A stretch of 63,936 bases of DNA, filler included, from Octopus bimaculoides (Eukaryota), in the NCBI RefSeq assembly GCF_001194135.2. It is 5 parts of 5 records of this genome, joined end to end, with 100 filler letters (N's around TTAATTAATTAA, not from the genome) between each part and the next. Parts side by side here need not be neighbours in the genome. Positions count along the whole stretch, not along the records: positions 33,860 to 55,481 come from NC_068983.1; 4 more parts are not named here. The stretch is one strand, 5' to 3'. Below, piece after piece: positions 40,087-49,964 of the stretch; position 1 is the stretch's first letter; each line of letters starts with the position of its first letter. Under the pieces are notes generated by a model that was given only the letters and a program-made list of their open reading frames with translations, ran no database searches and was not told where the DNA came from. The translations under genes and the position numbers were made by a program.

Positions 40087-40271
40087 TATATTTTATAAAT
40101 CTTATACATTTTGATTTTAGTCCATGCTATTGTGATTTTTTTCTGTGTGGTGTCAGGAATAAATTAATTGTCTTTGAAACTTCTTCTCTTAACTTGTTCT
40201 TGTGATGAAAAGTTGGTCATTACTTTACTGTTTCTGGAAAACTAGGATAATAATAATAATAATAATGATGA

Positions 40272-41425
40272 TAATAATAATAATACCTACTCCAGAAGCA
40301 AGGGAAACTAATACAAATAGCCACAAAACACGAGCAAAACAAAAGACTGTTTTCAGTATTTAAGGAAGCTGACAAATACAAACAAGAAATCAATCTACCT
40401 AACAAATACGAAGAAGAAGAAGAAGAAACAACAAAAGCTATAAAACAAATGAAATCCAAACTAAAACTAGAACAGCAACGGACCATGATAAAACGATGGC
40501 AAGAAAAGCCCCTACATGGTAAATACTGGGCTAAACTAAATGAGAAAGAAATAGACAGAGAAAAATCCCAGCAATGGCTGAGAAGCTCAGGACTCAAAGC
40601 AGAGACTGAAGGATTTTTAATTGCTGCACAAGACCAGAGCCTCCCCACCAGAAATTACCAAAAACACATAATGAANNNNNNNNNNNNNNNNNNNNNNNNN
40701 NNNNNNNNNNNNNNNNNNNNNNNNNNNNNNNNNNNNNNNNNNNNNNNNNNNNNNNNNNNNNNNNNNNNNNNNNNNNNNNNNNNNNNNNNNNNNNNNNNNN
40801 NNNNNNNNNNNNNNNNNNNNNNNNNNNNNNNNNNNNNNNNNNNNNNNNNNNNNNNNNNNNNNNNNNNNNNNNNNNNNNNNNNNNNNNNNNNNNNNNNNNN
40901 NNNNNNNNNNNNNNNNNNNNNNNNNNNNNNNNNNNNNNNNNNNNNNNNNNNNNNNNNNNNNNNNNNNNNNNNNNNNNNNNNNNNNNNNNNNNNNNNNNNN
41001 NNNNNNNNNNNNNNNNNNNNNNNNNNNNNNNNNNNNNNNNNNNNNNNNNNNNNNNNNNNNNNNNNNNNNNNNNNNNNNNNCTAAAAGAAATGGAAAAACT
41101 TTCAAAATACAAAGACCTGGAAATAGAGATAACTCGAATGTGGAGTCTAAAAACAGAAACAATTCCTATCATAGTAGGTGCCTTAGGTATAATAAAAAAA
41201 TATTCAGACAAATACATAACAAAAACACTAGGACTTACAAATATATATAACATACAGAAAATTGCACTACTGGGTACTGCACACATTCTACGCAAAACAC
41301 TTTCAATACAGTAAACATAAGAGCACCACAGCAAACCACAGCACATACCCAAGGCGCACAGAGCTGCGCTCGGTAGTGAAGTGAAAGCACGTTATAAAAA
41401 TAAAACTACTGAACAATAATAATAA
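40272..41425 (+). mobile_element. 5'-truncated R4/Dong-type REL retrotransposon in a (TAA)n tract
   Basis: Open frame KRWQEKPLHGKYW...QWLRSSGLKAETEGFLIAAQDQSLPTRNY, then a gap, then KLSKYKDLEIEI...IPIIVGALG...LGTAHILRKTLSIQ*; (TAA)n on both sides. Confidence 0.9.
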
Positions 41426-42019
41426 TAATAAATAATGGTACACACACCTCAGCAACATGGACGTGTAGCAGGTGATGCAGTAGAAATTTGCATAAAATTA
41501 CCAAATGTTGAATAATAATAATATCTTTCAGCAGAAAAAGCTATCCTAAACAACATGAAACAAACACAAAGAGAAAAGACTTAGAATGTATTAGTTGACA
41601 AACCAGTTTTTTGTTTTCTTTATGAATAGATTTGGTGTTGCTGTTATTCAGCCAAAGGTTAGCTCTGATTGAAGGAACCCATAAATTGTTAGTGTTATTG
41701 ATGTTTGTTTTCTGTTTCATAAGTGATAAAATAGATTCTCAGAAAAACTTGGTATATGCACACCAAGATTGAGCAACAATACTTAGCTTGAGATTAGTTG
41801 CAAAAATTTTTTTATATATTATACTGGCTGCACCCAGCAAAGCCTGATTTCTAACTATTTGCATTCTTAGAGATTAGCAGTCTCTGGATATTTTTTCAAG
41901 CTGTTACTTTAATCTTCATTCAATATTAGACCACCATTATAAATTCCTTACTGTAAGAAGAAGAAGAATGAAAAAGGAAATGAGGAAAGTTTCTAACAAT
42001 GCAGAGAGGAAAGTTGAAA

Positions 42020-42063
42020 ATTCTTTATATATTTCAGGCAAAAAAGCCCGTCTTCGGAAGGAT
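42020..42063 (-). ncRNA. Hammerhead ribozyme motif, second copy (core U4>C)
   Basis: atcctt-CCGAAGA-cgggc-tttttt-gcct-GAAA-tatata-aagaat on the minus strand. Confidence 0.55.
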
Positions 42064-43333
42064 ACGGTTAAGAAAAGTGAGTCTATGTAGATCCTGCTAT
42101 TTTGGATAGGCAAATGGGCAATGATTCTGCTTGGTCCAGTGAATGTGATAGTAGCAGCAATTCCCCAAATGATGGTGCCGTTGGTACTGTAGAAGTCATA
42201 GGGCAGGGGGATCAATGTACATTGGCAGCAGTGGCGGTGAAGGTGATTACCTACATTAATGTTGTTAAGGATGGTAATAAAGGCTGTAGTAGTAGGTGAC
42301 AAGATAGTAACTGGTAACAACAGCACTCCCTGTTGTGGCAGGCAGTGGAGGTGGTGATGGTGTTGGTAGGCAACAGTATCAATCACTGTCATAGTGGTGA
42401 TTATGTTGGTCATGGCAGTGGTGATGTTGGGAACAATTGGTAATTTATTAAGTGCCACTGGTGCAACTCCAATCAATGGCTGATCTTCAGGTTAAGCCAG
42501 TGAATCAGCAAGGATTCTTTGATAATGGAGATTTCCTATAGTCTTCTCTTTGGTGGTGTTGCTGCATTTAAGCTTGTGTTTGCAGAAGGAAGACATATTT
42601 TTAGTCAGGTGTTCTTTCAGTTGGATGTGGAACAGTCAGACTGTACTACTGATGTAGTAGTTGCCACATTTGGAACACTACCTGGTATGGTAGTCGCTAC
42701 ATTTGGACCACTGTATCTGGTACAGTATTTCACATGTGATGGCTTCTACCTCAATAGTGTGATTCAATCATTCCACATCCAACTGTAGGAACACCTGACT
42801 AAAAATGTGTCTTCCTTCCACAAGTAAGACAGCAACACCATGAATGAGATAGATGCTTCCATACTAGTCAGAGAGAAATATAGGAAATCTTCATATCATG
42901 GAATCCTTGCTGATCCACTGGCTTAACTCGAGGATCAATAGTCAATCAGGGTTCGGCTGGTGGCTCCTATGAATTTCCATTTGTCCCCATAATTGCTGTT
43001 ACTATGATGAACATCATCATCACTTCAACAATGATTGACACTGTTACTTACCAGCATCATATTTGCTGCCACCACCTTGTCACTGACTACCAGAAGGACA
43101 TGTACCCCAAACTACTACCACAGCGTTTACCACCAATGCCAACAACACTAAGGTAAACAATCACTTTCACTACTACTACTGCCAGCCACCACTGTCCCCA
43201 CTGTAATTTCTAGGGTACTAACAATGTCATCTTTTGGGAAACTGCTGATGCTAACCACACTCACTGGACTAAGCAGTCATTGCTTCGTCTATACAAATGT
43301 CAGGATCTACAAAGACTCAAATTTCTTAACTGT

Positions 43334-43377
43334 AACCATCTGAAGATTGGCTTTTGTGCCTGAAATATATAAAGGTT
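43334..43377 (+). ncRNA. Minimal type-I hammerhead ribozyme motif (degenerate)
   Basis: aaccat-CTGAAGA-ttggc-ttttgt-gcct-GAAA-tatata-aaggtt: conserved core, stem II ggc/gcc, palindromic stem III, stem I aacc.t/a.ggtt. Confidence 0.65.
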
Positions 43378-44479
43378 TTTCAGCTTTCTCCTCTGCATTG
43401 TTAGAAGCTCTCCTCATTTCATTTAAAAAATTTTTTTTTGTTTATTATAAAGTTTCAAGTGAACTATAATGCTTCTTTTAACTTAAAATAATTTTTCCAC
43501 TCCTTTATATTCTGACTTCAGATATAACTTTTCGGTTCTGTGCTTCTTTTTCATCGGTGGAAAGGTTTTATACTGGATTAAACAAATTCCTTGTGTTATT
43601 TAGAAACATTTATCATTTTGAGCTCATTTCATTGAAGTCAATTTTGTTTCCATTCTTCTTGGTTATATACTAGAATCCAGTCAATCATTCCCTCCCACCA
43701 AAACCTTTCTAATCTTGTGTCAGTACTAGGAAAGACATGAAATTGATGGACTGAACTATGAAGGTTACAGAAAAAGTTGTAGTACATGTAATCGAGAAGG
43801 AAATTAACTTGGCTAAGATGCAATTTATCTGTGTCAAGATCAGGCACTTTCAATATTCTCTTGCTGATGAGCCAACTGTAAAAGATTTTTAACCAAGAGC
43901 ATACTTCTATACTAAACATTAGTGTATTTGGAGATCTTCAACAGAGTTCTCTGCTCTGTGTTTGGTGGTCATTAAGAAGACTAGGTGTAGACAAATGGCT
44001 TGTGAGAGTTAGCAGTAAGGAATTTGGTGCACAGGTAACTGTCCATCAGGAATCTGTTCTACATTCCCTATTATCTATTGTAGTCCTCTTGGCCATTTTA
44101 AAAGAGTTCAAGTTTAGCTGCCCATGAGAACAATCTTGTTCTCAAAGCTGAATTCATCAAAGGCTTACAGAAAAGTTCCTAACATAGAAGCAGAGCTTAG
44201 AATCAAGAAATCTTTGCCAGATTTATGTTTAACATAAATGTGGCAAAGACTAAAATTTTAGTTAGTAAAAAAGAATACAAAACTTCAAAACTCTACAAGA
44301 GAAGTTGCTCAGTATGCAGAAATGTTGCAGGCAAGAATTCAACACTGTATATCCAATGTAAACTATAACAATCATACAAGAGATGCTGTGGGGTCTTTGT
44401 GTGTAGCAGTTGACCGGAAGTTATTAGCAGGAACATCTATGAAATATACTTTTCCAAATGTCTGTAATGCTCCCTGGAA

Positions 44480-44910
44480 GTATCCAATGGCTTCTAGGTG
44501 ACCTAATTAGCAGTGAAGGTAAGTTCCAAAAGCTTTGTTACTCTGCATGTTAAAAAAAAATTATATTTGATTGAAGCGCAGACTTAATGATCTTGTTTAT
44601 GAAATATGATATTGCAGCATGATAGCAAAACCTGGGCCTTGCATGTCAGGGATGTGCAAAAACTGGAAAGAAACAAAGCAAGAGAAAAACTGAGCACATG
44701 AGGGACCAGCTTTAGTGTGCAAGAAGAAACTTGTACTATTACAAACATAGGATGTTTAAGAAGGATAGTAGTTGTGTAGAGAAGTGCTAAGCAACAAAAG
44801 TGGAAGGAACTTGCTAAAGAGGAAGACAGACAAGGGAAGAAGTGATGAAGGGTGAATCTTAGAAAGAAAATGACAAAGGACCTAACAAATCTGCACAAAA
44901 TTATGCTGAA
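44480..44910 (+). mobile_element. Very degenerate RTE C-terminal remnant
   Basis: LGDLISSEG (cf. YLGDQVSSGG) and later blocks colinear with 55225-55481. Confidence 0.55.
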
Positions 44911-45239
44911 GAAAACATATCCAACACATAGAAGCATAGAAAAACAGGCAAAATGATGACAGTCTACATATCAGTTGATGAAAAATTTCATCCAAGAGTC
45001 AGTTAAATACCATCAATATATACTGCAACTGACACAGTTGCCATCTCCTTTGCAAAAGAAATCATCTCTAGACTTAGTAAAACTTCAGCATTTGCTGTGT
45101 AATTTCAAATTGAAATCATTTGTCAAAGTAGAAGTAGTGATGACATAAGAAAGAACAGTCTTTTTACAAGTTAGCTTACACAGAGGTCTTGTGAAATGAA
45201 ACATTTTGAAAATTGTTATGATAATTTTATGTTACTTTA

Positions 45240-46870
45240 TATTTTTTGTGGTGCTAATTCGAAACATCAAAAGAGCTCTTTCCCATAACCTAATGTTTCC
45301 TCACACTTTAAAATATACTATCTTTTGTAGGTAAATCCACATATGGTAGGACAAAATTAAATTAATAAAAATGAATTTGGTACTTTCTTTAGCAAAATAA
45401 AATGGCACAAATGCAATTTAATGGTGAGAAAATAGATTTTTGCCAAGGTTCCATTCATTTTTTGGATTCAGCACCTCAAAATCTCTATTTTTCATTTGGA
45501 AATTACATCTGGAACTCTTTCACTTATGAGCATTTAATGGGCATTCACGATGCATCATCCAGCAGTAGTTGGCCATCATGCTGACATTCCTTCTTCCCTG
45601 ATATCTTTCCATCTCTATGTCTTGATGAAACCTTATCCCCTGTTCCTTTTTCCCATCTCCCAGATTTTCCAGAAAGAAAACTAAATGGGCATGTAGGAAA
45701 CGAAATTCAATGCTAATTTTACAGCCTAAAGCCCAGAAATTTTCCAGCATTCTTCCCACTATGTCTTTGTAATTTGGTTCTTCATATCTTTAAACTAATC
45801 CATGCATCTTTTTCAGAATCACTAGGAGAGTTTCAAAATTTTCATCCTTGACGAATTTTCGTATATTTGGTCCTACATATACACTCTATTCAACCTTGGT
45901 ATCTAATAGAGCAGGAAAGTTGCTACACAAATACATGAAACCCTTTCCATCCTGTGGCAAAGCTTTTACAAATTGCTTCATGAGGCCAAGTTTTATATGT
46001 AGAGAAGGCAGAAGAACCCTTTTCAGATGAATCAAACTTTCTCAAAACATAATCCTGGTATAAGCATATCCCTCTTAGTCATTGGTTTTTTTTAACCAAT
46101 GGCAGTTCTCGATGCTATAGTGCCATTCACACAAGAATCAAGAAAACTCTGTGTAGCCTGAGAGTTGTCCAAGCAACATGCAATATTATTTTCAAGTTGC
46201 TGCAAATCTTCTAGTTATGATCTTTGAATTTAATCTTGTGTAAGAGTGACACCAAATTTTCATGTTTCCTTCATGATTACTGAGTCATCATTGTCATTTA
46301 TGCCATCTGACTCAGAATTCAAGTGTATGTTTTCAAGGTTTCCTGGTGGTGAAGGATTTAGAATGTCTGGTCCATGGACAACAGATCGCTATGCAGATGA
46401 GAGATGTGAATAAGTAATGTTTTTCCCACTTTTTGAATTGTGTTCCTAACCTTACATGAGCAAAAGTAGCAGTCATCACCAATTTTTAGGCTTTCTCCAT
46501 ATCATTGAACCACCAAAATGAAAAGACTTCTTGGTACATAAAGATATTAACACATCTTTAGAAATAAAACCCTTTAATATTTTTATCTACACTGTGTTTT
46601 TATTTGAATTGATCCACAATCTTGATATAGTGAATATGTAAATATGGTAAAATTGATTGTCTCAAAAATTATAGTAAATTGCTTAAAAAATTATAATTGT
46701 ATTAAAATCTTATTGGACAGTTTAGATTTATGAACATTTTACTTTTATTGTATTGCCATTGTTTGTTTGTCTTCACATTTTTTAGAAATCAAAACTTTTG
46801 CTCAGCTAAATTAGATTCTTTTGTTTAAATATGTTAAGTATGTTTGCAAAGATATGAAGTGCTTGTTCAT
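45240..46870 (-). mobile_element. Chapaev3 (CMC superfamily) transposase pseudogene
   Basis: Minus strand MIWRKPK..DDCYFC, LHIKLGLMKQFVKAL, VGPNIRK, HLVFFLENLGD..EQGIRFHQDI.MERYQGR.NVSMMANYCW; frameshifted. Boundaries approximate; family call recalled. Confidence 0.78.
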
Positions 46871-47217
46871 TTGTTCCTTCATTAACAATGCTGTATCTTT
46901 GCCTTTTACATTTTTGTCTTCATTATTACCTTTTATTCCTAATGACATAAGTTGATGTAATTTCTGTATCTTTTCACTCATTCTGTCATATGAACAATAT
47001 TCTTTCAGCCTTGGTCTGACCAACCTGCAAAGTTGGTTACTAAACTGCAACTATATTATTTCTTTTAATTGACCTAGTACACATACTCAGTTCTGATCAT
47101 ACCAAGGGTAATTTAACAGACTCTGCCTTTTACTTTCCATGGATGATAGAATTCCTTCTGAGTGTTACTATATTTTATATGCTCTACCATTGGACTCAGC
47201 TAAATATATTACAGTAC

Positions 47218-47385
47218 TATATATCACTACTGACACTGTATTGTATAATATCACTAACACTGTTCAGTATATCACAACTGACACTATACTGTATATTATT
47301 ACTGAATGATGTGTACTGTGTATCATTACTGACATCATACTCTATATTACCACTGACACTATATTGTATGTCACCACTAAACGAG
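47218..47385. repeat. ~24-bp minisatellite (TATATCACTACTGACACTGTATTG-like), about 7 degenerate units
   Basis: Seen directly. Confidence 0.8.
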
Positions 47386-47620
47386 AATTATTCGACTATT
47401 CATATAAATGTGTGGCTTTACTTTCTGCTAACATTAGTCGTCATCACCGCTGTTGTGATTGTTAAGCAAATGAGAAGATAACTTCAAGCAAATTCTATAA
47501 CATAATTTCAGTTACTAATTGAAACTATTTTACTTCATTTTAGTTGCTAATGCCCTTGGGAATGGTATGAATGTTGTCTCTTGAAAGAATAAGGGTTGTT
47601 TAGTAGTAGTCACTATTATT

Positions 47621-47842
47621 AAAGTGATGAGCTGGTATAATCGTCAGTTTGTCAAACAATATGCTTACCTGCATTTCTTCTGGCCCTTTTGTTCTGAGTT
47701 CCAATTCCACCAATGTTGACTTTGCCTCTTATCAATTCAGGGTCAATTATAATAAGTACCAGTCAAACACTGGGGAGGGGTTTAATGTAACTGACTAACC
47801 CCCTCCCTTAAAAATTGTTGGTCTAGTGCCAAAATTTGAAAC

Positions 47843-47880
<38 letters not shown>

Positions 47881-48062
47881 GACTAGCAAGGTGGCAAAAT
47901 TATTAATGTGTCAGACAAAATGCTTAGCAGCAGTTCTTCTCATTCTTTACATTCTGCATTCACATTGCACTAAAAGTGCCAGTCAAGTATCGGGGTCAGT
48001 GTAAATGAGTTGTCTTCTCCCTTTAAAATGCTGGCCTTGTACCCAAATTAGAAAGAATTATT
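47621..48062 (+). mobile_element. Two tandem degenerate SINE family B copies separated by (ATT)n
   Basis: 47621-47845 and 47881-48062 both contain aatgcttagc/ttctg...taagtaccagtcaa...ccaaa.tt.gaaa. Confidence 0.75.
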
Positions 48063-49640
48063 AGTATGTTATATTTTGATTTTGATTTATAGGAGTTGTA
48101 CCCAAGTCTCAACTAGAGATATCAAGGGACAACAAGGTTTTGCATCCAAAGATGCTAATAGGTCAGGCATCATATACTTGATAACACTGGTGTTTGTGAG
48201 AGAGAAAAAACAGAGTGTGTAAGGCTGCATTCACATAGAAAGGAATGTTGCATACATGAGGTACACATAAGTATAGTCTTTAGTAATTTGCTTATTTAGG
48301 AGCTGCCAGGGATTTGGTCCACATACTTGTTTGCTCCTCTTGGTATCATTCTAAGTGCCCCAATAATAATGATTTCTTTTATTTGCCACCAGGGCAAGGG
48401 ATGAAGGGAACAATACAAAGACAGATATCAAGTGTGAGAGTTAATAGTTAATGTTGTTTTGAGATGCTACACTATCCAATTTCAATTTCCAAGTCCTTAT
48501 ATTTGCTCAGTTTTGCAAACATTTCCAGAGATCTGTTTTTGTTAGCTGGGGCTGCAACATCAATCAAAAGACAGTTCTTTTCAATATGATTTTTCACAAT
48601 GAGATCAAGTTGGATTACCTGTATTTCCATATCAATCTAAACACTGAAATTGCTTCGGAATTCTGGGCAACTTGTAGTGGCTTCTGTACTCACCAATCGT
48701 TTTTGTGAGGGAGGTTGTATGTGCAGTGTACTGAACTGTCCTGTCATGCCTTTACAAGTGTTCTGTTGGTGCCAGTCTGCTGCATCCAGAGATTATATAG
48801 TCAATTGTCTGTGGGTGCTCTCTGCATATGTGGCGTGATGAGCTGCTTTCATATTTCAGGACATTACTTAAGTAATTCCTATTTGGAAGGGGCTATCCTG
48901 AGCAGCAATGTTATACCCCTCAGTTTCTAGTTTAAAACCAGAGCATGACAACCACTGATGAGTAAGGGCTTGATCTACATTAGGGTCCCTGATCCTAGTT
49001 AGGTATTTGTAATGCAGTTGTCTTTGCTCTCATTTTTCCTTAATATATTGGAAGCTGCTTTGTTTGGCAAGATTTTTTTATTTGTTTAGCCTTGTCAGTT
49101 GAGGATACATTTTTGTCAAGTCCTGGTTCATCTAGTTGCATTTTTTGAAGGTATATTTTTGCAATTTTCATCACTGAATGCAACTTTTTGGTATCTTCAT
49201 GTTTGAGAAACAACTTTAACATCTTGTTGTTTGCTTGTTGTGGGTAAGCTGGAAAGTCCCATGGTTGCAATTTTCTATCAGAGTTGAGATTTTATTAACC
49301 CCTGACCACCACCTTTTTTAGTGGGAGGTATATGCAGTCTGTGTCTGCTTTTGGATGATGCATATGATGAAGTGTTATCAGCTTTCGTATTTTGACATCA
49401 ACTTTGCTGATCTCAGAGAAGGGTCAGTTTATAATATTGAAGTTGTATGTGACTACAAGCATGATAAATGTGTTTACAGCCTCAGTTTTGTTTCTGGCAT
49501 TTAGCTTGATTTTTTTTTTGTTGTTGTTGATTACTTACTCTTTGTGTTTGTTTGTGGAATGTCATTTGTTATTTGATGTTTTGCTTCACTTGTGGAGCAT
49601 GTTTTTGTGCGTGTCAGGTAAACATTGTTTACACAGTTTA
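48060..49640 (-). mobile_element. Old R4/Dong-type REL retrotransposon (RT C-terminus, CCHC, REL endonuclease, 3'UTR)
   Basis: Minus strand HHPKADTD, DQALTHQWLSCSGFKLETEGYNIAAQD, ICREHPQTIDYIISGCSRLAPTEH, CLLIDVAAPANKN...KLSKYKDLEIE. Confidence 0.85.
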
Positions 49641-49964
49641 TAAATTTTCCATGTGTGCATGTATGCATAAACAGTTGGATATATACATAATTAATGTATG
49701 TACTTACTGTGCATATAGCAGTTTTTTTTTCCTTTTTCATCATTATCATCATCATCACCATTATTATTATTACGGTTGGCATTCTTGCAAGCTACACTTA
49801 ACTTTGTTTCCACAAAGTTTGTTTACAAACAGTCACCTTCAAAGTAACTGTTTTTCTATTCAATATTTCTATAATTGTGGAAAGGAAGTGATTCGCTAAC
49901 TGCTGTTTAGTTCCTTTTTGTATAAAGCCTTTTGTTTCTTGGGGAATTTTTCAATATAAATTTG

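Larger units (their letters stand above)
41940..43450. mobile_element. Palindromic Penelope-like element (inverted pLTR arms ~41940-42632 and ~42770-43450)
   Basis: Arms align as reverse complements (e.g. ggaagacatatttttagtcaggtgttc...cagttggatgtggaa). The spacer and right arm read VQYFTCDGFYLNSVIQSFHIQL*EHLTKN, GIY-YIG-like. Each arm carries a hammerhead motif. Confidence 0.75.

Noticed and set aside
44498-44526. Perfect GAAG|GTAAGT donor with a short plus-strand exon
   Set aside because: The sequence is the LGDLISSEG motif of a decayed RTE.
45011-47024. Phase-compatible minus-strand exon pair (46930-47024 and 45011-45094)
   Set aside because: No recognisable protein; the first overlaps the probable Chapaev3 5' region; such short open frames arise readily by chance.
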